A stretch of 64,000 nucleotides of DNA from assembly GCA_038087875.1 (NCBI GenBank), contig CM075994.1, forward strand, positions 2,110,001 to 2,174,000. Reading direction: 5' to 3'. The notes below the pieces were generated by a model. The model was not told the DNA's origin. It did no database searches and was given only the letters and a program-made list of their open reading frames with translations. Origin of the DNA: Malacoraja senta (lineage: Eukaryota). The translations under genes and the position numbers were made by a program. Positions 51,258 through 64,000 of this stretch are shown here, one piece after another (positions within the stretch are counted from its first letter, which is position 1; every line of letters begins with the position of its first letter).

Positions 51258-54200
51258 AGTCATGTGATTAAAGAGCTTGAGCTGCTTAAGAAATTAATCA
51301 ACACTTCAATGATCAGCTGTTGCAAATAGCCTGGAAGAAGTTATTTGGAAGTGGTGCATGTAGAAGACTTTTACTTTAGAATAATAATATTGATTCAAGT
51401 GCACCCAGAAAGTAACTGCTGTTGCTGGCAGTAACTAGATTCACCATGGGGTATTAGAAGATATGTGAACTTGCTTTGGACTGATTGACCACATGTTGCG
51501 AGGAAGCTTGCAAAGTTAAAAAGCCATTTGGCAGAACATGTACACTCCACCTTGCCATGGGGCCTAATCCATCCATAGAATCATGGTCCCCCTCAAATGA
51601 ATTCAAACACTTCCAATTTATGTTTGTATTCCAATGTATACTTTTGATGAATTATCACATTCATCATTCCTCCATTTACCTTTTGCTTACCATATGGAGT
51701 GTGCCTATACAGGTCAACAGGCATTAAAAAATATTTTTTGCCTTTAAAAAAAAAAAAAAACCTCTATACCCATTGTGTAGTTTTATAATTGGTAAATTTC
51801 ACAATATATAAAAAAAACATTATGTGGAAAGAACTGCAAACTTGGAACACCCAAACTCAGAATCAGAATCACACTTCATTCGCCAAGTATGTTTTGCAAC
51901 ATACGAGGAATTTCATTGGCCAGGTCAGTCGTACAAAAGTAACAGATCACTTCAAAAACACAATTTAACATGAACATCCACCACAGTGACTCCTACACAT
52001 TCCTCACTGTGATGGAAGGCAAAATGAAGTTCAAGTCCTTCCCTTAATTCTTCCTCGGTCGTGGGTCTCGAGCCCCCGTTGACGGGATGATCTTAACTCC
52101 CGTAGCCGGCGGCGTTCGGGCCCTCTGCGTCGAGGCGATCTGCTCCCGCATCGAGGGGATGTCAGCTCTCCCGCACTGGACGATCGAACCTCGCAGCGGG
52201 GCTGGTCGAACCTTCCGCAACGTTGGAGCTCCCGACTAGCCTCTCCTGAGACTGCGAGCCCTTGATGTTAAAGTCCGCAGTGGGAGCGAACCCAGGCAAG
52301 GGATCAGCTCCGATGTTATGTCCACGCCCCGCGGTGGGGTTCACGACAGTCCGAGGAGGCTTCCAGCTCTATCGATGGTAGGCCGCAGAGCCCGGAGAAT
52401 GTGATCCGAAAATTGATCACATCTCCAGGAAGGTAAGAACCTGAAAAAAAGTTTTCCCCAATCCCCTCCCCCCTTCCCCCACATAAAACAAACCGAAGAA
52501 CATTAAAAACATAACTTTTAACAAACTAAAAAATAACAAAAGAATGAAAAAACGCAGACTGCCGGCAGGGCAGCCATCTCGCTGGCGTCCCTGGTGATCT
52601 GTAGTATAATATTGATTCAAGTGCACCTGGAAAAACTTATTAAACACCTCTGTCATATCTTACTTTACTATTTAATCCAGAATTCACTTTGGATTGATGC
52701 ATTCATTTTGTAGCGCATATCAAAAAGTAGCAACGAAATATATATTTTTCTTTATGACTTCAATTTCTTTGATTGATTTTTCTGTTTGGAAGGTAGCAGG
52801 TGGCCTGCTCCTGAACATGTAACTCTGATATAATTTTAACATCCTCGTGCAGTAGTACGTCCCAACATTAAGATGGGTTCTTGTAGCCTTGCAAGAGTTA
52901 TGTGATGCTGCATCTCCCTCACTCTTAAATATTTTGCAGCCTGCCTATCGTTCAGCATTGTTTTTAGCCACAAACAGCAACATCTGTGTTCATCTTCCTG
53001 AAGTAAACCTGAAGACTATCCTGCTTGTGAGAATTGATAGCTACAGTGCTCTCCATAATGTTTGGGTCAAAGACCGATCATTTATTTATTTGCCTCTGTC
53101 TCCACAATTTGAGATTTGTAATAGAAAAAAATCACATGTGGTTAAAGTGCACATTATCAGATTTTAATAAAGACCATGTTTATACATTTTGGTTTCACAC
53201 TAGAAATTACAGCAGTGTTTATACATAGTCTCCCCATTTCAGGGCACCATAATGTCTGGGACACCGCAAAGTCATGTCAAAATGAAAGTAGTCATGTTTA
53301 GTATTTTGTTGCATATCCTTTGCATGCAATGACTGCTTGAAGTCTGCGATTCATGGATATCACCAATTGCTGGGTGCCTTTGGTGATGCTATGCCAGGCC
53401 TGTATTGCAGCCATCTTTAGCTTATGCTTGTTTTGGGGGCTAGTCCCCTTCAGTTTTCCCTTCAGCATATAAAAGGCATGGTCAATTGGGTTCAGATCGG
53501 GTGATTGACTTGGCCACTCAAGAATTGACTTTTTTAGCTTTGAAAAACTTTCTTGCTTTAGCAGTATGTTTGGGATCATTGTCTTGCTGCAGAACGAACC
53601 GCCAGCCAATGAGTTTTGGGGCATTTGTTTGAATGAGCAGATAGGATGCGTCTATACACTTCAGAATTCATTATGCTACTACCATCAGCAGTTGTATCAT
53701 CATTGAAGATAAGTGAGCCAGTACCTTCAGCAGCTATACATGCCCAGGCCATAACACCCCCACCACCGTGTTTCACAGATGAGGTGGTATGCTTTGGATC
53801 TTGGGCAGTTACTTCTCTCCTCCATACTTTGCTCTTGCCATCACTCTGATATAAGTTAATCTTCATCCACAAGACCTTTTTCCAGAACACTGGTTGCTCT
53901 TTTAACTACTTCTTGACAAACTGTAACCAGGCCATCCTATTCTTGTGGCTAACCAGTGGTTTGCATCTTGCAGTATAGCCTCTGTATTTCTATTCATGCA
54001 GTCTTTTGCAGACAGTGTTCATTGACAAATCCGCACCTAACTCCTGAAGTGTGTTTCTGATCTGTCGGACAGGTGTTTGGGGATTTTTCTTTATTATAGT
54101 GAGAATTCTGTCATCGGCTGTGGAGGTCTTCCTTCGCCTACCAGTCCCTTTGTGATCAGTAAGCTCACCAGTGTTCTCTTTCTTCTTAATGATGTTCCAA

Positions 54201-54720
54201 ACAATTGAGTTTGATAAGCCTAAGGTTTGGCTGATATCTATTAACAGTTTTATTCTTGTTTCTCAGACTCATAATGGCTTCTTTGACTCATTGGCACAAC
54301 TTTGGTCATCATGTTGATAAACAACAATAAAAGTTTCCAAAGGTGATGGAAAGACTGGAGGAAAGACTAGGTGCTGAGAGCTCTCTTATACCTGCATTAA
54401 GGAGGCAATTAAACACACCTGAGCAATTACAAATGCCTGTGAAGCCATGTGTCCCAAACATTATGGTGCCCTTCTTCTTCTTGCGTATGGCGTGCATTTG
54501 GTTGTATTTGTATTGTGCATGCCGGGTTGATTGCATTCGTCGAAACAGGGCGGACCACGTGAAGGTTGCAATCTTCCACCCCATTATGGTGCCCTGAAAT
54601 GGGGGGGGGGGGGGACTATATAAACACAGCTGTAATTTCTACATGGTGAAACCAAAATGTATAAAAATACCCTTTAATAAAATCTGACAATGAACTTTAA
54701 CCACGTGTGATTCTTTTTCT

Positions 54721-57700
54721 CTTCTTTTTAAGCCCTTTGCTCCTCTAGGGAGCATAGGCCATTGACAAATGTCCTCCACCTCACTCGGTTGTTGGCTGTT
54801 CTTTCGAGATCTCCCCGGTTGTCTGTCTGTCTGGACACCTCTTCTCCAGCTGTTCCTGGGGCGACTTCTTTTCCCTTTTCCTTGGGGGTTCCATTTCAGG
54901 GCTTGTCGGGTGATGTTTGTGGCAGGTTTCCTGAGGGTGTGTCCAATTCAACTCCAATTTGTAAGTCAATGGGCTCCTGGTTTGTTCTTTTCCGCAGGTC
55001 CACATTGCTTACTTTGTCTCTCCACCAGATGTTAAGTATTCTCGTAAGGCAGGTGTTAATGAATGGCAGGTAAAAAAAATAAAAATCAGGGAAGGTAGTG
55101 CATCCATGGATAACAAGGGAAATCAGGGGTAGTATCAAAACAAAAGATGAAGCGTACAAATTAGCTGGAAAAAGCAGCCTACCAGAGGACTGGGAGAAAT
55201 TCAGAGTCCAGCAGAGGAGGACAAAGGGCTTAATTAGGAAAGGGAAAATAGATTATGAAAGAAAACTGGCAGGGAACATAAAAACTGACTGCAAAATCTT
55301 TTATAGATATGTGAAGAGAAAAAGATTAGTTAAAACAAATGTAGGTCCCTTGCAGTCAGAAACGGGTGAATTGATCATGGGGAACAAGGACATGGCAGAC
55401 CAATTGAATAACTACTTTGGTTCTGTCTTCACTAAGGAAGACATAAATAATCTGCCGGAAATAGCAGGGGACCACGATGGAGGAACTGAGTGAAATCCAG
55501 GTTAGCCGGGAAGTGGTGTTAGGTAAATTGAATGGATTAAAGGCCGATAAATCCCCAGGGCCAGATAGGCTGCATCCCAGAGTACTTAAGGAAGTAGCCC
55601 CAGAAATAGTGGATGCATTAGTGATAATTTTTCAAAACTCTTTAGATTCTGGAGTAGTTCCTGAGGATTGGAGGGTAGCTAATGTAACCCCACTTTTTAA
55701 AAAGGGAGGGAGAGAGAAAATGGGGAATTACAGACCAGTTAGTCTAACGTCGGTAGTGGGGAAACTGCTAGAATCAGTTATTAAAGATGGGATAGCAGCA
55801 CATTTGGAAAGTGGTGAAATCATTGGACAAAGTCAGCATGGATTTATGAAAGGTAAATCATGTCTGACGAATCTTATAGAATTTTTCGAGGATGTAACTA
55901 GTAGAGTGGATAAGGGAGAACCAGTGGATGTGTTATATCTGGACTTTCAGAAGGCTTTCGACAAGGTCCCACATAAGAGATTAGTATACAAACTTAAAGC
56001 ACACGGTATTGGGAGTTCAGTATTGATGTGGATAGAGAACTGGCTGGCAGACAGGAAGCAAAGAGTAGGAGAAAATGGGTCCTTTTCAGAATGGCAGGCA
56101 GTGACTAGTGGGGTACCGCAAGGCTCAGTGCTGGGACCCCAGCTATTTACGATATATATTAATGATTTGGACTAGGGAATTGAATGCAACATCTCCAAGT
56201 TTGCGGATGACACGAAGCTGGGGGGCAGTGTTAGCTGTGAGGAGGATGCTAGGAGGCTGCAAGGTGACTTGGATAGGCTGGGTGAGTGGGCAAATGCATG
56301 GCAGATGCAGTATAATGTGGATAAATGTGAGGTTATCCACTTTGGTGGCAAAAACAGGAAAGTAGACTATTATCTGAATGGTGGCCGATTAGGAAAAGGG
56401 GAGATGCAACGAGACCTGGGTGTCATGGTACACCAGTCATTAAAAGTAGGCATGCAGGTCCAGCTGGCAGTGAAGAAGGCGAATGGTATGTTAGCATTCA
56501 TAGCAAAAGGATTTGAGTATAGGAGCAGGGAGGTTCTACTGCAGTTGTACAGGGTCTTGGTGAGACCACACCTGGAGTATTGCGTACAGTTTTGGTCTCC
56601 TAATCTGAGGAAAGACATTCTTGCCATAGAGGGAGTACAGAGAAGGTTCACCAGATGATTCCTGGGATGTCAGGACTTTCATATGAAGAAAGACTGGATA
56701 GACTCGGTTTGTACTCGCTAGAATTTAGAAGATTGAGGGGGGATCTTATAGAAACGTACAAAATTCTTAAGGGGTTGGACAGGCTAGATGCAGGAAGATT
56801 GTTCCCGATGTTGGGGAAGTCCAGAACAAGGGGTCACAGTTTAAGGATAAGGGGGAAATCTTTTAGGACCGAGATGAGGAAAACTTTTTCACACAGAGTG
56901 GTGAATCTCTGGAATTCTCTGCCACAGAAGGTAGTTGAGGCCAGTTCATTGGCTATATTTAAGAGGGAGTTAGATGTGGCCCTTGTGGCTAAAGGGATCA
57001 GGGGGTATGGAGAGAAAGCAGGTACAGGATACTGAGTTGGATGATCAGCCATGATCATATTGAATGGCGGTGCAGGCTCGAAGGGCCGATTGGCCTACTC
57101 CTGCACCTATTTTCTATGTTTGCAGCCTGTTTGTAGGGCATTTTGTTGTTTACCATGTCTCTGATCCATACAGCGTCACCTGTTTCACATTTGAGTTAAA
57201 GATGTGTATTTTGGTGTTGATTGAGGTGTGTTTTGAGCTCCAGATCTTCCTGAGCATGTTAAACATCACCCTAGCCTTATTGATTCTACTTTTTATGTCT
57301 GCCTCTGCCCCTCCGGTGATGTCCACAACACTGCTTGGGTATATGAATGTTTCTACCTCCTCTGGAGCAGTGCTGTGCATAAGGATAGGGTTGCTGGTTT
57401 TGGAGTGTCTTTCCTGTATTGGGTGTAAGACCACGTCTTATTGCAGCTTGTGAGAGTCTGTCCATCTTCTACTGCATTTGTATCTGTGTGTGTGTGAAAG
57501 GAGAGCTATGTCGTCTGCAAAGTCAAGATATTATAGCTGCTCCCATACTGTTCACTGAATTCCATTTGTTTTCCCTTCAGTTGTTTCCATCATGATCCAG
57601 TCGATTGCCAGGAGGAACAGGAATGGTGACAATAGACATCCCGTTCTGACACTAAAGCTCTGAGAGAGCTGGTCTGCATGCATAACTTTGCATGAGGTTC

Positions 57701-58487
57701 CATCATACGAGTTCTTGATTAATTTTGTGATCTTGTTGGGAATTCCATAGTGGTCCATTAGGTGCCATAGTGTTGTCCTGTCTAAGCTGTCAAATGCTTT
57801 CTCAAAGTTGATGAAGTTGATGTACAGGGACGTGTTCCATTCAATGATGATGTGAAATGTTGCTATGTGGTCAGTGCATGAGCAATCCTTCCTGAATCGT
57901 GCTTGCTGGTCCCGTAGCCTCTTGTCTACAGCTTCCTGAAGACGGTTGAGGATGACCCGGTTGAGGTACCCTCAACCGCGTTATCCCTCGGTAATTGCCA
58001 CATTTTCTTAGGTCACCTTTTTTTTGGCAGTTTCACAATGTACCCTTCTGCCCATTCTGTGGGTGTCTTTTCCTCTTCCCAAATTCTCCCAAAGAAGCCA
58101 TGTTGATGAGTCTATATCTACTTTCATGGCTCAGGCGGAATATTGTCAGGGCCAGCAGCCTTGCCAGTTTTCTGTTGCTTGATTGCAGCCTTTATTTCTG
58201 ATTTTGTTGGTCTGTCACACTTATTTGTAGAGGTATCCTGGCTTTGGGAATATGTGTCTGTACAGCCGGTGGTGGCCTGCTTAGGACTTCTTCGAAATGT
58301 TCTACCCATCTGTCGAGCTGCACCTCCTGGGTTGAAAGCAGTTGACCGTTCTTGTCTGTAATTGGTTTATTACTATGCAAATATGTCCCGGACAATTTCC
58401 TTGTGATGGTATATAACTCCCTCTTGTTCCTTTGTCTCTGCAATTTCTGCCTCTTTGGCTAGCCTCTCCACCTGTGTTTTCTCTGTG
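54721..58487 (-). mobile_element. RTE-clade LINE, split by a CR1
   Basis: KAAGPDNIPPE, GCLLSPFLFLLAIDWIM, RINKARVMF, LYGSETW, FINTCLTRILNIWW. Confidence 0.85.
55066..57117 (+). mobile_element. young CR1 LINE ORF2 3' part
   Basis: long RT ORFs 55098-57035 ([32 protein letters not shown]), few disablements, TTCTATGTT tail. Confidence 0.92.
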
Positions 58488-61400
58488 CTCTTTTTTCTAT
58501 TACAAATCTCAAATTGTGGAGTACAGAGGCAAATAAATAAATGATGGGTCTTTGTCAAACATGGAGGGCACTAAATATTTGACGAGAAAACTGACAATGA
58601 TTATATATCATAGTGGTTTATCTTATCGTGGAATGGCACAACAAAGAAACCCATTTGGCCCATTGTATCTGAGCTGTTGTGTTCCAGAACAACTTGCCAG
58701 TTCCATATATTTATTCACGCCTTAACTCTGCACTCCCACACTTGATCCAAATGCAATAATGTAACAGTGTACAATTATAAATTAAAAGCACAAGATTGTA
58801 AATCTGCCTTTCCATACCATGTTCAATGATTGTGGAGTTGCTGCAAGCTGTGTATTCTGTGATTTGAGATAGTCTGGAGCTGCATGTTTTGGGCCAGTAG
58901 CATAGGTCTGCACACTGCAGTTGGGCAGTCAAGTAGGCATTCAGGTAGAACCAGGACTCTTGCTCATAGAAAGGAAATTATGAAAAGATTTACGAGGATG
59001 GTGACAGGACTCAAGGACCTGAGCTATAGGGAGTGGTTAAGCAGGCCAGGTTATTTCCTTGGAATGCAGGAGGATGAGGGGTGATCATATACAAGTGTGC
59101 AAAATCATGATGAATAGATCTGGTAGACGCACAGAGTCACTTGCCCAGAGTAGAGGGATCGAGAACCAGAGGACATAGGTTAAGGTGAAGGAGGGATAGA
59201 TTTAATAGGAACCTGATGGGTAACTGTCACGCAAAGGATGGTAGGTGTATGGAATGAGCTGCCGGAGGAGGTAGTTGAGGCAGGCACTATCACAATTTGC
59301 AACATTTAGACAGGTACCTGGACAGAATAGGGTCAGAGGATGGGATTAGTATAGATGGGACATGTTGGTCGGTGTGGGCAAGTTGGGCCACTGCATCTGT
59401 TTCCATGCTCTATCATATTTTAAAGTGGCATAAGCAACTGCAAATTTTGGAATGTGGCAAAAAAAAGGTGAGCTGCTGCTGGAACTCAGTGGTTCAGGCA
59501 GTTCACTACATGTGATGGCAAGAAACGAATTAGAAGCATCTTTTTAAAAAAGACAGAGCTGGGTGGAGGGTGATAGGTGGGAACAGTACAGAAGAGTATA
59601 CCCGTAGCACCATTCATATATGGATTATCAAATTTCTTATTATAACATAAATTGCTACATCTTTGTGAAAATGCTAATTTAATCCCTGTAGATTGATAGG
59701 AGAAAATGCAATTGATTTGTGCTACCCTACTGCCAGAGTAAGAGACAGCAGATTGACATGGGTTAATTCATCAATACAAATTGTAACTAATTCTGATTTA
59801 TATCCTATGACCCCACACGAGCCATTTGCAGTCTGAAAGATTTTATGTCAGTAAGATTTTCTTTGTCATGCTATTGGTGCGTTATTAATGTGCACCTTGT
59901 TTAAATATATTCCAAAATTCAGGAAGATTAACGAGAGTAATATTTTCCATTTGTAGTTTAAATACATCTCTAATCTAAGGATCATCAATAAATGACATAA
60001 ATGTCTAACTAAATGATTAACCCTCTGAATGATTCAGTGTGGACTATTCACCCGAGACTTCAAAGAACTGCATCTGCATTTGGTATTAAGTTCTCTTTAT
60101 GTTTGCCAATTAGCAAACCGATCGTGAGATATTTTCCATGTGCAGATTACAAAGGTAAAAATCAGAGGGAGCATGTTGAGCATGCAACATTAATTGAATT
60201 GCTTGAAAGAAACAGGCCCTTAGGCCTACCGAGTCCACGTCAACCATTGATCACCCGTCTTTGGAATTTGGGAGGAAACCAAATCTGGAGGAAACCTACG
60301 CAGCCACAGGAAGAACATGCAAACTCCACATAGAGGGCAAATGAGGTCCGGGTTGGCTGCAGCTTTACCAGATGCGCCACCTCTTACCCTTGTTTTCCCT
60401 AAAAGAAACATTGCATGATAAAACATACTGCTGAAAATAAATATCCTGGCCTACACTGGTATCCCATCCGAGATAGACAAGCTCACAGGCAATTATGCCA
60501 AGCAGAATGAGTTTGTGCTACCACACACATTACCGTTTGGACGGTGCTCAGCAAAGACTTCCAACACAAGCAGTTGGCATGTAACCACAAAAATATCCCC
60601 ACATAGGCATGTGAGATTTCTTCTGACAGCTGCTGTGATGTATGGGAGCAGAGTTACCAGCTGCTCCGAGACAAGGGATACTACTGACAACGTCGACTAT
60701 AAGACGCAGGAGCAGAATTACGCAATTCGGTCCATCAAGTCCACTCTATCACTCAATTGTGGCTGATCTATATTTCCCTCTCAAACCTATTCTCCTGCCT
60801 TCTTGCTGAAACCTTTGACCCTCTTACCAACATGACTGAGGACATTTCTCAGAAACCAAAGGAGTGATGCTGGAAACAATGCTATATCATTGATTGAGGT
60901 GTACAAAACTATGAGGGACAGAGACAGTAGGAAACATCCCCATCAGCCAGGTCTCAATCTGGGTTTAAGGTAAGGGAGAACAAGTTTAGAGAAGATTTAT
61001 TTCATCCAGATGGTTAGAATCTGAAGAACGATTAGCTCCAACCACAACCCCTTTACTATGATTCACCCCCTCCAATATCTTTATCAACATGTTCCCAATG
61101 TTGGGGGAGTCCAGAATCAGGGGCCACAGTTTAAGAATAAGGAGTAAGCCATTTAGAACGGAGACGAGGACACACTTTTTCTCACAGAGTGGTGAGTCTG
61201 TGGAATTCTCTGCCTCAGAGGGCAGTGGAGGCAGGTTCTCTGGATGCTTTCAAGAGACAGCTAGATAAGTAGCGGAGTCAGGGGATATGGGGAGAAGGCA
61301 GGAACGGGGTGCTGATTCGGGATGATCAGCCATGATCACATTGAATGGCGGTGCTGGCTCGAAGGGCCGAATGGCCTACTCCTGCACCTATTGTCTATTG

Positions 61401-61669
61401 TAACCAAAGATACTAGAGGAGCTCCTCTAGTATCTTTGATTGTAACTCAGGTACCTTTACTCCCATGTTGAATCTTTACTCTTTTGTTGTATTTTAACCC
61501 CCCCCCCCCCCCTCCTCCCTCCTCCATCCTTGTAAATGTATATCTCCTCCTGTAACTTTCTTCCCTCCTTACCCTTATCTTCTTCCCCATATCCCACCGC
61601 CCCCTGATCTTTCTCCCCATCGTGAAGACCCTCAAGTCACCGCTTTAGCCCTCTAGTATCTTTGCTTTC

Positions 61670-62720
61670 GCCTACAACAGGCGCGCCGCGGCGGGAGCGC
61701 GCACGCCGCTGCCCCACGCGAGACTCGGCCGCTGCGACAGGACAGCGGACGGGAGATGCACCGGGACGGGGGTGCAGATCATCTTTGGTGCAGATTCCTC
61801 CACACCGCTTGTTCTCGCCTATCTCCCATTGAATGACCGGGACGCTTGGTTGCAAGGAGTTCACGCGTGGAACCTTCCGCTCGCGCCGGCGGGTCCAACG
61901 TCCGCGATCCCGCAGCGCGTTTGCGAGCAAAGCGCTGCACTCCCTCGAGCGTCACCGGGCCTAACGGCCGCGCGGTTGCTGGAATAGTCGGAGTTGGCGC
62001 GCCGGTAGGTCCGGCCGTTGCTAGGAGAGGGAAGTCCTGCCTCCCTCTCGCGGACGCCGCGTTTAACAGCCGCGCTTGATGCGCGTGACGCGACAGCGCC
62101 CGCCCGCTTCGTCAGCCCGCGCGTGCGCGGAAGCGCATTCCGGATTCCGGCCGCCTTCAATGGGCAGCGGCTTCGGGTCGGGGTGAAAACGGTCGTCCTG
62201 TTGCTGCTTTGCCGTCTCTTCCCCACCCGCCCCGTCACTCCCGTGTCCGTGCCGCGGGGGCTACAGGCGCGCTGTCTCCGTCACTTCCCAGACCAGGGCT
62301 CCCATGCTGCTGCTCCTGCTCCTATTACTCCAGGCCGCCTGAGAGGCAAAGCCCGCCCCGGCGTTTGATGAGCCGCCGCCCCGCAGCCAGGCACCCGGGC
62401 CGCGGGCTTAGCGGCATGTTCGCGGCGGTGGAGCAAGGCCCGGTGGTGTGCAGCGACTCCAACATCCTCTGCCTGTCGTGGAAAGGCCGGGTGCCCAAGA
62501 GTGAGAAGGAAAAGCCGGTGTGCCGCCGGCGCTGCTACGAGGAAGGCTGGCTGGCCACCGGCAACGGCAGGGGGGTGGTCGGCGTGACTTTCACCGCCAG
62601 CCGCTGCAGGAGGGAGCGCGGCAACCCGCAAAGGATCAACTTCAACTTGCGAGGCCACAACAGCGAGGTGAGCCCTTCATCAGAGCCGCATGCCCCGAGG
62701 CCTCGGCCCGGGTGGGGGGC
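61670..62720 (+). promoter_or_regulatory. TULP4: TULP4 CpG island / promoter / 5' UTR
   Basis: dense CpG; ETS-like CGGAAG and TTCCGG, NRF1-like GCGCGTGCGC and a TGACG half-site around 62080-62150. Confidence 0.75.
62416..62667 (+). CDS. TULP4: TULP4 (tubby-like protein 4) first coding exon, MFAAVEQGPVVCSDSNILCLSWKGRVPKSEKEKPVCRRRCYEEGWLATGNGRGVVGVTFT...QRINFNLRGHNSE
   Basis: 252 nt ending GAG|GTGAGC; matches the TULP4 N-terminal WD40 region; remainder of the gene is outside the window. Confidence 0.97.
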
Positions 62721-63330
62721 AACAGGCCCTTGGGGGTTGTCTGACCAACATCACCCACTCAGCAGGTGTGACGCCCTGGTCCCTCGTCTGCCCACTGTTC
62801 TATCTCCCTTTCAAACCCGTTCCTTTTCCATCTAGTTGGCCCAAGGCTTCTCTTACTGCATCTTCACTTGCCATTAGTGTCAAGTGTTCACTGCTTTGGT
62901 ACAAAACAAAAGATGTTTTGTTGCGCCTGATAGATAGGAAACATGAAAGGGATGGTTCTCGGGGTTGCTGCTTAATATAGAACAGAACAGGAGAAAGGCC
63001 CTTCAGCCCACAATGTCTGTCCAGCATGATGTCAAGTTAAACTAATCTCTGTCTGCATGTGATCCATGTCCCTACATTCCCTGCATATCTATAAGCCTCT
63101 TAGATGCCACTATTATATGTGCTTCCACCACCACCCCTTGACAGTACTTTCCAATCACCCATCAACCACTGCAAAAACAAAAGCTTGCCCTCCACATCTC
63201 CTTTAATCTTTCTCCCCTCACAGTAAAGCTATGGTCTCCAGTCTTTGATATTTTCATCCTGGTGAGAGGTGGGGGGGGGGGGGTCCTACTGTCCACACTA
63301 TCTGTGCAACATGATTTTATGTACTTCTAT

Positions 63331-63530
63331 NNNNNNNNNNNNNNNNNNNNNNNNNNNNNNNNNNNNNNNNNNNNNNNNNNNNNNNNNNNNNNNNNNNNNN
63401 NNNNNNNNNNNNNNNNNNNNNNNNNNNNNNNNNNNNNNNNNNNNNNNNNNNNNNNNNNNNNNNNNNNNNNNNNNNNNNNNNNNNNNNNNNNNNNNNNNNN
63501 NNNNNNNNNNNNNNNNNNNNNNNNNNNNNN
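63331..63530. other. assembly gap (200 N)
   Basis: run of N. Confidence 1.
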
Positions 63531-64000
63531 GTTGAGGTTCTTGTTGAGGTAGGAGTTGATATCCACCATAACTAACCTCTCAAAGCACCTCATCACCACA
63601 GACGCTAGTGCCACCGGTTGATAGTCATTGAGGCACGTCACCTTACTCTTATTGGGCACCGATATTATTGATGCCCTCTTAAAGCAGGTGGGTACCTCAC
63701 ACCTCAGTAGTGAGGTTGAAAATGTCCGCAAAAGCCCCAGCCAGTTGGTCTGCACAGGTTTTGAGAACTCGACCGGGTATACCATCAGGTCCAGGCACTT
63801 GCCGAGTTTCACCCCGCTGAAGGATCTTCTTATGTCGGCCTCTGTGACTGTAACTAATACCATCAGGGCGTATGGGGACTCGGGAAGGCACATCAGTGTT
63901 CTCCCTATCAAAACGTGTGTAGTACGCATTGAGCTCGTCAGGGAGTGATGCTTCGCTGTTTGAGCTGTCTCTTGGTTTCACGTTGTAGGAGGTGATGGCA
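63531..64000 (-). mobile_element. Rex1/Babar-type LINE RT fragment
   Basis: PGPDGIPGRVLKTCADQLAG; VPTCFKRASII.VP.KSKVTCLNDYQPVALASVVMRCFERLV. Confidence 0.85.

Larger units (their letters stand above)
53044..58573 (-). mobile_element. Tc1/mariner transposon with ~220-bp TIRs; right TIR split by nested retroelements
   Basis: TA|CAGTGCTCTCCATAATG left end; decayed transposase KHGGGGVMAWAC and WPSQSPDLNPI (53298-53890); right TIR pieces at about 54447-54720 and 58488-58573. Confidence 0.9.

Noticed and set aside
62209..62835. 208-aa ORF as the full TULP4 exon
   Set aside because: Starts at a non-ATG codon and reads through the donor; TULP4 homology spans only 62416-62667.
63262..63929. ORFs spanning 63.3-63.5 kb
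   Set aside because: Inflated by the N gap; the real part is a LINE RT fragment.

Overview
Vertebrate nuclear DNA. The repeat content (CR1 LINEs, tRNA-derived V-SINE/HE1-like SINEs, Penelope, Rex/Babar, RTE) suggests a cartilaginous fish, probably a skate or ray; this is inference. Three spliced genes lie on the + strand. SERAC1 has 15 coding exons at 1160-39463, with its start-codon exon upstream of the window. GTF2H5/TTDA has a CpG-island promoter at about 47.5 kb and CDS at 49526-49560 + 51077-51257 (71 aa). TULP4 has its first coding exon at 62416-62667. The rest is nested transposons, a 7.8-kb compound (CA)n satellite and a 200-N gap; the giant ORFs at 7.6-15.9 kb are repeat artefacts. 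Most notable observations: (1) a family of tiny palindromic or half-palindromic inserts (CAAAGATACTAG.../...CTAGTATCTTTG), each flanked by an 8-bp duplication. One is exactly 17+17 nt and three cluster at the TULP4 promoter; they look like P-element-superfamily excision footprints. (2) The SERAC1 exon-16 donor is GC, and its +2 C is the first base of an inserted DNA transposon. (3) An inverted copy of the 3' half of SERAC1 exon 13 plus its donor lies in the preceding intron, and inverted repeats bracket exon 15. (4) A solo-LTR-like insert has an unusually long 10-12 bp TSD. (5) Penelope-associated hammerhead-like motifs occur, including a tandem triplet. (6) SERAC1 is co-directional with GTF2H5, not head-to-head as recalled for human. 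Exon numbers follow recalled human numbering, and repeat boundaries are approximate unless a TSD is quoted.
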